DNA from: Planctomycetia bacterium
Lineage (GTDB): Bacteria; Planctomycetota; JAJSAM01; JAJVHW01
Reading direction: 5' to 3'
NCBI GenBank assembly: GCA_031404455.1
Contig: JANNHP010000212.1
Location: 3,419-67,418 of the forward strand
Length of the DNA: 64,000 bases
Shown: positions 1-8,597 of the stretch, in pieces
How positions within the stretch are numbered: position 1 is the first letter of the stretch
Layout of the letters: each line of letters begins with the position of its first letter
Translations under genes and position numbers: made by a program
The notes under the pieces: model-generated
Database searches by the model: none
The model's input: the letters and a program-made list of their open reading frames with translations, nothing else
Told to the model about the DNA's origin: nothing

Positions 1-1128
1 GCGGGACTCTCGGCCCCGTGCGATCCCGTGGAGATCCGCGTGAGCCCCGGCCAGTCGATCTCGGGCCGCGTGATCGGCGCGGACGGCAAGCCGGCCGCGG
101 GTGTGAAGGTGACCTGCTTCCCGGCGGGAAGCCACGAGACGTACGAGGGCCGCGACGTCACGACGGACGCGGACGGCGCGTTCACCGTGAGCGCGCTCGC
201 GGAGGGGAACTACGACATCGAAGTGAGTCAGGGAGTCGCGGAGCCCGTCCGAGTGACTGATGTCGAGGCAGGGCGCCGCGACGTGGACGTGCGACTCGCT
301 CCGGCGCTCGCGATCGAGGGACTGCTGCTCGACGCCGCGGGCAAGCCCGCGCGCGGGATGACGCTCGTCGCGAGCGCGTGCGACGACGAGGACCAGGATT
401 CGCGCCGGAAGATCGAGACCCGGACCGACGAATCAGGCCGCTTCCGGTTCGCGGGCGTCGGAAGCGCGTCCTGCCGAATCGAGATGCGCGGCACGGACGC
501 CGGGCGGATCTCGCTCTACTCGGACATGAGTTCGCTAGTCGGGGGATCGCCCGTCTCAGCCGGAGTCCGGGACCTCGTCCTGCGCATCCCGACGAAGGAC
601 GCGGTGACCGTCGCGGGCCGCTTCGTCGACGACGCGGGGAAGCCCGTCGTCGGGGAGCGCGTGACCGTCCCCGTCCGCGAGAACATGAGCGCCGGCGTGT
701 GCAGCGACGCCGACGGCCGGTTCGATGTCGCCGGCGTGCGTCTCGACGTGCCCTGCGCGATCGAGGTGTGGGGTGCCGGGATCGAGTGGACGCTCGCCGT
801 CCCCGCCGGGACGAAGGACCTCGTCCTGACGGTCGGCGCGGACGGACTCCATCGCGTGGAGATCGGCGGCCGCGTCGTCGAGAAGGCCGCGGCGCGGGCG
901 CGCGTCGAGTCGGCCACCGAGGAGTACCGCTACTTCGGGGACGCGCGCTTCGTGCACGCGATCACCGGGGCGACGATCGACAGCAAGTCGCTCGGCGACG
1001 GCTTCGCGGTCGACGACCTACCGATTGGCCCCTACCGCGTCGAGGTCCGCGAGCGGCGCGACGGCGACTGGCTGCCGACGCGCGAGAAGACGGGCCAGGG
1101 CGATCCGCACCTCGTCGTCATCGACTGA
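1..1128 (+). CDS. Carboxypeptidase-regulatory-like (CarboxypepD_reg) repeat protein, 5' partial
   Basis: Frame of listed ORF 28..1128 is open back to base 1, so the gene starts upstream of the window. It has 3-4 repeats of the pattern I.GRV.D..GKP..G..V....T(D/R)..G.F.....G.Y.IEV, typical of CarboxypepD_reg beta-sandwich domains. Third codon positions are strongly G/C. Confidence 0.75.
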   Translation, partial: AGLSAPCDPVEIRVSPGQSISGRVIGADGKPAAGVKVTCFPAGSHETYEGRDVTTDADGAFTVSALAEGNYDIEVSQGVAEPVRVTDVEAGRRDVDVRLAPALAIEGLLLDAAGKPARGMTLVASACDDEDQDSRRKIETRTDESGRFRFAGVGSASCRIEMRGTDAGRISLYSDMSSLVGGSPVSAGVRDLVLRIPTKDAVTVAGRFVDDAGKPVVGERVTVPVRENMSAGVCSDADGRFDVAGVRLDVPCAIEVWGAGIEWTLAVPAGTKDLVLTVGADGLHRVEIGGRVVEKAAARARVESATEEYRYFGDARFVHAITGATIDSKSLGDGFAVDDLPIGPYRVEVRERRDGDWLPTREKTGQGDPHLVVID

Positions 1129-1208
1129 GCTTCGCACTCGCGTCGCGTCGCCCATCGCGCGGACGACAACGGGCGAAGCGAAGCCGCGCCGACGGCCGTC
1201 ACGCGATT

Positions 1209-2855
1209 TCACTTCTCGACGCACTTCCCGCCGGTGTCGGCCGCGAGGCCCTTCATGAACGCCGGATCGGCGCCTTCGTTGCCGTCCTTCGACGTCGCCG
1301 CGCCGACGAACGCGACCGCGTGGATCGCGATGCGGCGGGACCGGTTCCAGTCCTTCACCGAGCCGCGGATGAGATCGGGGTCGGTGATCTTGCCGACCGA
1401 GGGTTTGCCGTCGGACAGGAAGACGATCGTGTCCACGCGCGCGTCGCCCGTCGGGTCGGACTCGCGCTTCTTGCCCTTGCCCATGTCGCCGAGCGCGAAC
1501 GCGGCCTCGAGCGCGTCGTAGGTGTTCGTGCCGCCGGCGAACTCGACTCCTGCGATGAACTGCAGCGCCTCGCCGCGCGACTTGCCGTCGGCCTTCTGCA
1601 TGTCCGGCTTCCAGACACGCACGCCGCTCGAGAAGAACACGATGTTGAAGATCGTGCCGTCCTCCAGAGCCGCGACGACGCGCTTCAGCTCCTCGCGCGC
1701 GAGCTCGGCGCGCGACGACTTCGCGTCCGGTCCGTTGCCGCCCATCTTCGCGTTCATCGATCCCGAGATGTCGATGACGAAGACGACCCGCTTGCTCTCG
1801 ATCTGGATTCCGAAGAAGCCCGTCTTGCGGTCCGACTCGGCCGGCTTCTTGCCCAGGTCCTTGAACGGGTCGGGTCCCTTCGCGGTGTCCTCGGCGGGCG
1901 GCTTGCCTGTCCACTTGTCGCGATTCTGCTCCCACCAGACGCGCCAGATCTCCGGGTTCGCCGCGAGGTCCTGCCCCGTCAGCGCCTGCAGTGCGCGGCG
2001 GCAGTCGTCCTTGAGGCGGCCCTCCTCCTTCACCATCCGCTTGACGATCGCGTCGATTCCCTCCTTCGACGGCGTCTTCTCGAGCGCCGCGACGACGGAC
2101 GCGCGCACGAGCCATCTCACGTCTTCCATCCGCGCGGCGAGCGCGGGACCCACCTTCGCCGCGTCGCGGCCGCCGAGCCCGTCGATGGCGATGATCAGCG
2201 CGCGCGGATCGGGCTCCGTGTTCGTCGCCGGGGAGACCGCGGCGGTGAGCATCTCGGTCGCCCAGTCGGTCGCGACGTGGCCGAGCAGCTCGTAGCCCTC
2301 GGCGCGAACCATCCAGTCCTTCGAGCCGATCCGGTTCTTCGTCCAGTCCTCGCGGACGGCCTTCTGCGCCTCGGGCGGGAGCTTCGCGACGAGCGTTCCG
2401 TGTGCGGTGAGGAGTTCCGTGAGGACGGACTGCTGCGCCGCGACGAGCTTCTCGGCGTTGGTGACGTCCGCGCTGAGCGCGAGGTGCTCGTCGTCCTCGG
2501 GCCAACGCGGCCGCGAATCCGGGAGTGGCTTGCCCTGCTTCTTGAACTGGTCGAAGTAGTCCTGCTGCTTCTTCAGGATCTTCGCCTCGACCGGCGCCAG
2601 CGCCGCGCGGGCCTTGTCGACCTTCTCCTTCGCGTCCTCGATCGCCGACTTCGAGACGCCGGCGCACCACTGCAGCGCCTTCATCGCCTCGGGCTTGCCC
2701 GTCGCGACGAGCGCCTGGATCACGTCCTGCTTCACGGAGGCGCCGGCGCCCTTCGTGTACCGCTGCTGGTACTCCGACAGGATGTCGCCGGCGAAGGCCG
2801 AGAGCGCCAGCGCGGCGATCGCAGCGAACCCTGAGAGCAGTTTCGCGAGTCTCAT
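1209..2855 (-). CDS. Secreted HEAT-like + von Willebrand factor A (VWA) domain protein
   Basis: Signal peptide MRLAKLLSGFAAIAALALSAFA. The C-terminal VWA domain has the MIDAS motif DISGSM. The N-terminal helical region ends in LTGQDLAANPEIWRVWWEQN. ATG 2853-2855 is preceded by GGAGGAGG and forms an ATGA overlap with the upstream gene. Confidence 0.85.
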   Translation of the reverse strand: MRLAKLLSGFAAIAALALSAFAGDILSEYQQRYTKGAGASVKQDVIQALVATGKPEAMKALQWCAGVSKSAIEDAKEKVDKARAALAPVEAKILKKQQDYFDQFKKQGKPLPDSRPRWPEDDEHLALSADVTNAEKLVAAQQSVLTELLTAHGTLVAKLPPEAQKAVREDWTKNRIGSKDWMVRAEGYELLGHVATDWATEMLTAAVSPATNTEPDPRALIIAIDGLGGRDAAKVGPALAARMEDVRWLVRASVVAALEKTPSKEGIDAIVKRMVKEEGRLKDDCRRALQALTGQDLAANPEIWRVWWEQNRDKWTGKPPAEDTAKGPDPFKDLGKKPAESDRKTGFFGIQIESKRVVFVIDISGSMNAKMGGNGPDAKSSRAELAREELKRVVAALEDGTIFNIVFFSSGVRVWKPDMQKADGKSRGEALQFIAGVEFAGGTNTYDALEAAFALGDMGKGKKRESDPTGDARVDTIVFLSDGKPSVGKITDPDLIRGSVKDWNRSRRIAIHAVAFVGAATSKDGNEGADPAFMKGLAADTGGKCVEK

Positions 2856-4033
2856 GGCTTGCCTCCTCCGGCGGGCTCCCCGGCGAGCGGTTCGCCGAGA
2901 GACGCCTCGGCGCCCTCGACGTAGACCTCGGTGTCGTCGATGCCGTCCACCTCGCGGCGGAGCAGGAAGTACGTGTCAGTGAGCCCGCCGACGAAGTACG
3001 AGAGAACGTAACCGTTCACGACGATCGTTGCGAGCGCGGTGATCGCCCACGCGACGTAGACCCACATGACGGGCAGGCCGTCGAACTTCTCCACCTGCGG
3101 CCAGCCGAGGACGCCGCCCGGCTTCATGCCCACGTCGATGCCGCCCCCGATCGCGCGCGCGGCGTCGATGGGCGCCGAAGGATCGGAGGCCCAGCTCGCG
3201 CCGAACATCATCGCGCGGGCGGCGATCGCGATCAGCGCTGCGCCGAACGCGGCGATCACGCCCGCGACGACCGTGACGAGCACGACCGACACGAGGTACG
3301 CGACCGGCTTCGTGAACACGTACGAGAACGTGCGGCTGATGGCGTCGAGCGTGCCGTTCTTCTCCGTCGCGAGCGCCGCCTGCATCACGGGCAGCCCGAA
3401 GATGCCGCCGATCGCGAGGATGAGCACCACGAGCGCCGCAACGAGCGCGAGCGGCTGCATCACGATCTGCAGGAACGGCCCCGCGCCCGGGATCGCGCTC
3501 GCCGCGCCAGCAGCGGCGGCGAGTCCGAGGAAGAGCGCCGCGGCGGCCGCGACGAAGAGCGGCGCCAGGAGGAACTGCTTCAGGTTCGAGATCGAGAACG
3601 AGAGCCCCTCGCCCGCGCCGATGCTCTCGTCCCTCGCGATGCGGACGGCGTAGACGCGGGAGATGGCGCCCGCGACGATCGACCAGAGGACGAGCAGCCA
3701 GACTCCGACCACCGCGTACTTCCACCACGGAAGCTGCGGGTCGTAGGCCGGCCCGTCCCGCAGTCGGATCTGGCCGAGCGAGCCGACGAGTCCGTGGATG
3801 TGATTCGTGTACGGCAGGCCGGTCCAGCCGAGCACGCGGTCGAAGAAGGCGGACCTGAGCCCGATCCAGGCTGGCACCCCCCCCACCTCGGGGACTGCGA
3901 GGATCGAGGCCAGCGCCGGCCAACTGAGCTGGTACGCGAGCCACCCGAAGGCACCGAGGGCGAGCGCCGAGAGGTCGAAATCGACGCGGGGCGCACGCAG
4001 AACCGTGCGCTGGCGCTCGGCCGTCTCGGCCAT
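2852..4033 (-). CDS. Polytopic inner-membrane protein of unknown family, translationally coupled to the VWA protein
   Basis: 393 aa with about 8 hydrophobic helices. ATG 4031-4033 is preceded by AAGGAGGA. Its stop overlaps the VWA start (ATGA at 2852-2855). Confidence 0.8.
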   Translation of the reverse strand: MAETAERQRTVLRAPRVDFDLSALALGAFGWLAYQLSWPALASILAVPEVGGVPAWIGLRSAFFDRVLGWTGLPYTNHIHGLVGSLGQIRLRDGPAYDPQLPWWKYAVVGVWLLVLWSIVAGAISRVYAVRIARDESIGAGEGLSFSISNLKQFLLAPLFVAAAAALFLGLAAAAGAASAIPGAGPFLQIVMQPLALVAALVVLILAIGGIFGLPVMQAALATEKNGTLDAISRTFSYVFTKPVAYLVSVVLVTVVAGVIAAFGAALIAIAARAMMFGASWASDPSAPIDAARAIGGGIDVGMKPGGVLGWPQVEKFDGLPVMWVYVAWAITALATIVVNGYVLSYFVGGLTDTYFLLRREVDGIDDTEVYVEGAEASLGEPLAGEPAGGGKP

Positions 4034-4163
4034 GGGGACTCCTCCTTCAGGTCGGGGACCGGCCGGCCTGCCGGTCGCGGGGACCGGAAGAGGCTACCGA
4101 AGGCTCAACTCCCGGCCAGAGGCTTCCGATAGGGAGGACGTCCGCCGGACAAGAGGAGTTCCC

Positions 4164-4550
4164 ATGACCGTCAGTGACCTGGCCTTCCACCTGTCCGTCC
4201 GAGACCTCGACGGCGGCGCGGTGTCGGTCCTCCAGATCAAGGACGCCTTCCTGAACTACGCCTCGTCCGACGAGCTGAAGACCAACATCAAGGCCGTCTG
4301 CCGCGAGCGCATCCACCGCGGCGTCAAGGGCTTCGCGGTCGACGTGTCCCGCGTGACGGTGATGGACTCCTGTGGCCTCTCGGTGCTCATCAGCATCAAG
4401 AAGCTCGTCGAGTCGGAAGGCGCGCGAATGGCCCTCTGCGGGCTCTCGCCGATGATCAAGCGCCTCTTCGAGATCACGAAGCTCGAGCAGGTGTTCGAGA
4501 TCCGCGCCGACGAGCAGGCCGCGGTCGTGTCGCTCAGCGCCACCGCATAG
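4164..4550 (+). CDS. STAS-domain protein (anti-sigma-factor antagonist family, SpoIIAA/RsbV-like)
   Basis: ATG at 4164 is preceded by AAGAGGAG (4151-4158). The sequence VDVSRVTVMDSCGLSVLISIKK...LCGLSPMIKRLFEITKLEQVFEI matches the STAS fold signature, including the DSxG phospho-serine region. The longer listed ORF (3807..) is an N-terminal shadow. Confidence 0.85.
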   Translation: MTVSDLAFHLSVRDLDGGAVSVLQIKDAFLNYASSDELKTNIKAVCRERIHRGVKGFAVDVSRVTVMDSCGLSVLISIKKLVESEGARMALCGLSPMIKRLFEITKLEQVFEIRADEQAAVVSLSATA

Positions 4551-4562
4551 CGCCGATCGGCG

Positions 4563-5252
4563 TCACGTCTCGCCGGAGTCCGTGTCTCCCCCGCCGCCGC
4601 CCGAGAGCTGCGGCTCGAGGCGCATGCGCAGCCGCCGGCGGATCGTCGGCCCGAACCAGTTGACGTCGTACTTGCGGCGCCTCAGCCATTCGTGGCGCTT
4701 GCACTCGGTGCGGTCCGGGACGGCGGCGAGACCGTGGTGCTCGTGCTCGAGGTCGAGCACGGTCTCGACGTGCGAGCAGTGCTCGACGCCGAGGTCCGCG
4801 AGGATCCGCTCGAACGGCTCGACGTCCGCCGAGAAGAGCGACAGGAGCTTGTGGTCGTCGAGGAACACCTCGAGCGGCGAGTCCGGGTCGTAGAAGCCGA
4901 AGCCGACCATGCCGTCGTGCAGGATCTGGAACCGGTAGCGCGCGAGCACCGACGCGACTTCGCCGCGCGGCACGAGGGCGGAGACGAAACGGTCCTGCGC
5001 TGGACCGTCGGGATCCTCGTCCATGGCCTCCTCGCTCCGCCTGAGCTCCAGCACGGCGTGGCAGTGCGGCGGCATGAGCGCGAGCGCCGCGTCGAGGACG
5101 CGCTCGACGCGCAGCACGCTGAGCTGCGCGTAGAAGAAGTGGTGCGGCGGATCGTCGCCGTCGCGCCAGTGGAGCTCGTAGCCCTCGCAGAGCTCGCGCC
5201 GCGATTCGGCTTCGAGGTGCAGACCGACGGGGAAGACGTATTCGCAGACCAT
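4563..5252 (-). CDS. Hypothetical protein (229 aa, no recognisable family), last gene of the SRAP-baeRF operon
   Basis: ATG at 5250-5252 lies 23 nt after the baeRF stop. Composition is non-shadow-like with His/Cys patches (PPHCHAV, EHCSHVE, LEHEHH) and a basic tail. Confidence 0.65.
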   Translation of the reverse strand: MVCEYVFPVGLHLEAESRRELCEGYELHWRDGDDPPHHFFYAQLSVLRVERVLDAALALMPPHCHAVLELRRSEEAMDEDPDGPAQDRFVSALVPRGEVASVLARYRFQILHDGMVGFGFYDPDSPLEVFLDDHKLLSLFSADVEPFERILADLGVEHCSHVETVLDLEHEHHGLAAVPDRTECKRHEWLRRRKYDVNWFGPTIRRRLRMRLEPQLSGGGGGDTDSGET

Positions 5253-5275
5253 GGCGGGGGGACGCGGAGTCTAGC

Positions 5276-6406
5276 TCACCAACGCAGCACGGCGGCAACC
5301 GGAGATTTCGTCGGCATGCGCTGCCTCTCGACGACGAGCACCTCGCCGCCGCGCGCGAGGACAGCGCCCGCGAGGTCGTCGAGGACGTCGTCGCCGAACG
5401 CGTCCTCGCGCGCCGCGCGCTTCCTCACCTCGCCGGTCACACGGTCGAAGACGCCGCGCACGATCCGCCCTCGCGCGATGAGCAGACGCCGCACGCGCCC
5501 CGCGACCGCGGCCGCGGCCACGATCTCGAGATCGTCCGACGAGCGTTGCGCGCCGTTCAGCCGCTGGTACTCCTCGACGGCCTGCGACTCGCTGGCTTTC
5601 AGCGCCGCGTCCGCGATCGGTGCGGCCCTCTCGTGGATCGCGTCGGGCTTCGCGCGGCCGAAGTTGCCCTCCACGCCCTCAGGGGCGATGTACGAGTAGC
5701 GGCTCACCGCGCGGTACGCCGACTGCAACCGTGCGGCGCCCGCGAGGACCAGCGGCGAGTGCTCGTCGCGGAGCTGCGCGCAGATCGCCTGATCCACGGC
5801 GCGGAACCAGCGGGCCACGTCCTCGCGCGCGGACCGCGGCTCACCCGATGCGTGGAACACCCGCCGCCCGCCCCCCGCCGAGTGCGATGAGAGTCCCGGT
5901 TTCTCGTGGCCGGCGATGTCGGCCTCCTCCGGAGTGCCGGGCATGCCTTCGACGTCCTTCGCCGAGAGCCCCGAGGGAGTTCCCTCGAAGAACGACGCGG
6001 CACCCGCCGTGAGCGAGAGCACGCACCACCTGCGCTCCGACTGCAGGTAGCGGATGAGCGGGCGCACGTGGAACGTGTCGGACACGATGACGCGCTCCGG
6101 CAGCTCCATCGCCACGCGCCAGTGGCGCAGGAAACCGGGCGCCGCGAAGACGGCGAGTCCGTCGAGCGAGTCGCGCCAGAACTCGGACCCGAGGTACGGG
6201 GCGAAGGGCTCGACGAGGCGCGGCACCGCGCGAGGATTGATCACCGCCTCGAGCTTCCGCTTCACCTCGTCCACGATGTTCTTGAAGCGCAGACGGTCCT
6301 CCGTCGCCCCGTCGGCGCGGCGGTGCGTCGGGAGGAAGACCGAGATGCACGGTCCCTTGCGCTCGCCGAGGAGCTCCTGCAGGTCGCCGACGGTGAACGG
6401 ACGCAT
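5276..6406 (-). CDS. Bacterial archaeo-eukaryotic release-factor-like (baeRF, eRF1-fold) family protein; family number uncertain
   Basis: N-terminus MRPFTVGDLQELLGERKGPCISVFLPTHRRADGATEDRLRFKNIVDE and C-terminus ...PVAAVLRW match, from memory, the conserved ends of baeRF3-type proteins. ATG is preceded by AAGGAGG. The gene lies 24 nt downstream of the SRAP gene. Confidence 0.7.
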   Translation of the reverse strand: MRPFTVGDLQELLGERKGPCISVFLPTHRRADGATEDRLRFKNIVDEVKRKLEAVINPRAVPRLVEPFAPYLGSEFWRDSLDGLAVFAAPGFLRHWRVAMELPERVIVSDTFHVRPLIRYLQSERRWCVLSLTAGAASFFEGTPSGLSAKDVEGMPGTPEEADIAGHEKPGLSSHSAGGGRRVFHASGEPRSAREDVARWFRAVDQAICAQLRDEHSPLVLAGAARLQSAYRAVSRYSYIAPEGVEGNFGRAKPDAIHERAAPIADAALKASESQAVEEYQRLNGAQRSSDDLEIVAAAAVAGRVRRLLIARGRIVRGVFDRVTGEVRKRAAREDAFGDDVLDDLAGAVLARGGEVLVVERQRMPTKSPVAAVLRW

Positions 6407-6430
6407 GGTCTCGAACCTCCTTGGACTCGA

Positions 6431-7126
6431 TCAGGGCGCATCGGGCGGCCCCGGCGGGACGGCCGGGGCGGCACAGCTCGGACCCTCGTGCCGGGGATCG
6501 TTGACGGCCGGACCGACGGGGACGCACGTCATGCTCGAGGTGCGCGCGGGAACGAAGAGCGACTCAAGTCGCACGTACGAGTCGATTCGCGGATCGAGCC
6601 AGGTGGCGTGGTCGCCTGGCTCGACGACGACGGGCATCCGGTCGTGCACGCGCGCCACGAGCTCGTTCGCCGCGGTCGTCAGGATCGTGAAGGTGACGAG
6701 CGGCTCCGCGGCGCCGGCACCCCGCCACGTCTCCCAGAGGCCCGCGAACGCGAACACCTTCCCGCCGCCCTTGCGGAAGATCCACGCCCGCTTGTGTCCG
6801 GGCTCCCCCGTCCACTCGTAGAAGCCCGTCACGGGGACGAGACACCGGCGGCGCCGCAGCGCGGAGCGGAACGACGGCTTCGTCGCGACGGTCTCGCTGC
6901 GCGCATTGATCATCCGCGAGCCGACCTTCGGGTCGTCGGCCCAGCTCGGCACGAGTCCCCAGCGGACGAGATCGAGCCGCCGCGTGCCGTCCTCCGCGGC
7001 GCGCACGACCGGGAGCATCTGCGTCGGCGCGGCGTTCCACCTCGGCGCCAGCCGGGGCATCTCCGCCAGTGCGAACACCTCCGCGAGATCCTCGGGCGGC
7101 GCATCGATCTCGTAGCGGGCGCACAT
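6431..7126 (-). CDS. yedK: SOS-response-associated peptidase (SRAP / YedK / HMCES family), abasic-site DNA-protein crosslinking enzyme
   Basis: Starts MCARY (catalytic Cys2) at ATG 7124-7126. Contains RWNAAPTQ, VRWGLVPSW, INARSETV, RRCLVP..GFYEW and HDRMPVV motifs. The listed ORF extends to 7357 only because it reads antisense through the tRNA gene. Confidence 0.9.
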   Translation of the reverse strand: MCARYEIDAPPEDLAEVFALAEMPRLAPRWNAAPTQMLPVVRAAEDGTRRLDLVRWGLVPSWADDPKVGSRMINARSETVATKPSFRSALRRRRCLVPVTGFYEWTGEPGHKRAWIFRKGGGKVFAFAGLWETWRGAGAAEPLVTFTILTTAANELVARVHDRMPVVVEPGDHATWLDPRIDSYVRLESLFVPARTSSMTCVPVGPAVNDPRHEGPSCAAPAVPPGPPDAP

Positions 7127-7281
7127 GTCGGCCGAGAGGCTACGGTGCCGCGCGGCAAAGTCACACCGGTTGCCGCGAAGGCGCGCGGCGGTCCCGCGAC
7201 GCCGACGGTTCACCACCGGTGCGCGATGTGTTTTTCGTGCCGCACGCCGCGTGGCGTCTCCCACAATCCGGCCACGCCGGA

Positions 7282-7356
7282 GCGGGCGTAACTCAGTGGC
7301 AGAGTGGCAGCTTCCCAAGCTGTCTGTCGAGGGTTCGATCCCCTTCGCCCGCTCCA
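7282..7356 (+). tRNA. tRNA-Gly (anticodon CCC), CCA encoded
   Basis: Manual cloverleaf. Acceptor GCGGGCG/CGCCCGC, D-stem ACTC/GAGT, anticodon stem GCAGC/GCTGT with loop TTCCCAA (anticodon CCC), T-arm GAGGG-TTCGATC-CCCTT, discriminator T, then CCA. Confidence 0.9.
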
Positions 7357-7592
7357 AGGCAACCTCCCGCGTGTCGCGGAGTTACGACGACTCGCGCCGG
7401 GCACCGAAAACGCGCTCGGACCGGATGGCTACCTCCATGGCTACCTCCCGCGACGTCTGGCGCGAGGTCTGGCGGCGCTGAGCGTCGCCGCAGACGAGTG
7501 TCAACTGACGGCGGACTATCACGCTGCGCGATGGTTGATCTTCCCGTCCACGCCACGCGCGACACGACCTGCTCGACAGGTACGATCACGTC

Positions 7593-7946
7593 GTGTCTCA
7601 CACGTCCCTCGTCGACGCTGCCCGTGACGTCGCGCATCGCGTGGCGTCGGGTGCGCCGGCCGGCGACTGGACCGCTCCCGAGACGACCCTCGCGATGCTG
7701 ATCTCCGTGTACGGGGATCCGTCCAAGCTCGGCGGCACGAAGCCCCTCGCCGACAAGACGCGACGGCAGCACCCGGCCGTCGTGGCGGTGGCCCACGCCA
7801 TCGGCCGCACGCAGGACGCCGTGGTGATGAAGGTGATGAACCTCCGCTCGACTCTGACCAAGGGCGCGCGCGGGCTGCCCCACGCGGCCAAGTTGGAGCG
7901 CACCACGGTGGACCGCCAAGACGGGCGGAAGTGTCCCCTCGCCTAG
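7593..7946 (+). CDS. Small hypothetical protein (117 aa) immediately upstream of darT
   Basis: GTG start. Third codon positions are almost all G/C in this frame. The segment IGRTQDAVVMKVMNLRS weakly resembles the N-terminal helical module found in some HNH/restriction-like proteins, but there is no nuclease domain. Confidence 0.5.
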   Translation: MSHTSLVDAARDVAHRVASGAPAGDWTAPETTLAMLISVYGDPSKLGGTKPLADKTRRQHPAVVAVAHAIGRTQDAVVMKVMNLRSTLTKGARGLPHAAKLERTTVDRQDGRKCPLA

Positions 7947-7997
7947 GTAGCATCTGGCTGCGGCGCTTGGGTCGGGCGCGCAGAGGAGCGTCTCACG

Positions 7998-8588
7998 ATG
8001 GGGAAGTTGCCGAGGGACTTCGCGCAGGTGTTCCACCTGACGGACTTGGCAAACCTCGCTGGCATCGTTGCTCATGGAGTCCTCTGCCGCGCGGAGCTCA
8101 GTCGCCGACGCATCGGCTTCGGCGACGTCGCCGACGCTGGCATCCTCGAGGGACGAAGTGCGCACGGACTCGATGCGTGCGTCCCGTTCCACTTCTTCCC
8201 GAAGAACCCGTTCGACGGGAGGGTCATGAAGGACCGGCCGGGCACTGTCTTCGTCTTGCTCGCGGTGAGCCGCGCGACCGCACGGGCGCAGCACTGGCGC
8301 GTGATCCCGCGCCATCCGCTCTCGGATCGGGAGACCCCGCAGGTTCTTGCGTGGGACGCCGGACTTGCGGCGATCGACTGGATCAAGATGGAGCCGGGAC
8401 CGAAACGCGACTACCACGACGCCGACATCAGGCGGGCGTGCATGGCGGAAGCGCTCGGCCCGTCGTGTGTTCCGCTCGCCGACGTCCAATCGATCTACGT
8501 CCACGACGAGAAGGTGCAGACGGTCGTACTGAATCTGCTCGGAGGTGGAACGCGTCCGCACGTGAACATCGCCCCCTGGTGGGTGTAG
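7998..8588 (+). CDS. darT: DarT (DUF4433) ssDNA thymidine ADP-ribosyltransferase toxin
   Basis: ATG is preceded by AGAGGAG. Contains FHLTDLANLAGIVAHGVL, VPFHFFPKNPF and RRACMAEALG...IYVHDE, matching DarT/DUF4433 conserved blocks. It is followed 9 nt later by a macrodomain gene. Confidence 0.85.
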   Translation: MGKLPRDFAQVFHLTDLANLAGIVAHGVLCRAELSRRRIGFGDVADAGILEGRSAHGLDACVPFHFFPKNPFDGRVMKDRPGTVFVLLAVSRATARAQHWRVIPRHPLSDRETPQVLAWDAGLAAIDWIKMEPGPKRDYHDADIRRACMAEALGPSCVPLADVQSIYVHDEKVQTVVLNLLGGGTRPHVNIAPWWV

Positions 8589-8597
8589 TATCCGACC

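Noticed and set aside
378-2834. 818-aa plus-strand ORF, and similar very long ORFs: 1018..2670(-), 7293..10076(-), 9584..11191(-), 11339..13777(+), 33250..35934(+), 33491..35830(-), 41024..43063(+), 44958..46742(+), 47940..49451(-), 49303..50667(-), 52733..54373(-), 59489..61243(+), 61982..63775(-)
   Set aside because: Their composition is dominated by Arg/Ala/Gly/Pro/Asp runs with no domain-like motifs. Each is antisense or out of frame to a gene with clear family signatures, SD sites and high GC3. These are classic shadow ORFs of a roughly 70% GC genome.
7127-7357. Extension of the SRAP ORF to 7357 (MERAKGIEPSTDSLGSCHSATELRPL...)
   Set aside because: That peptide is the antisense translation of the tRNA-Gly gene. 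SRAP proteins start with Met-Cys, which is found at 7126.
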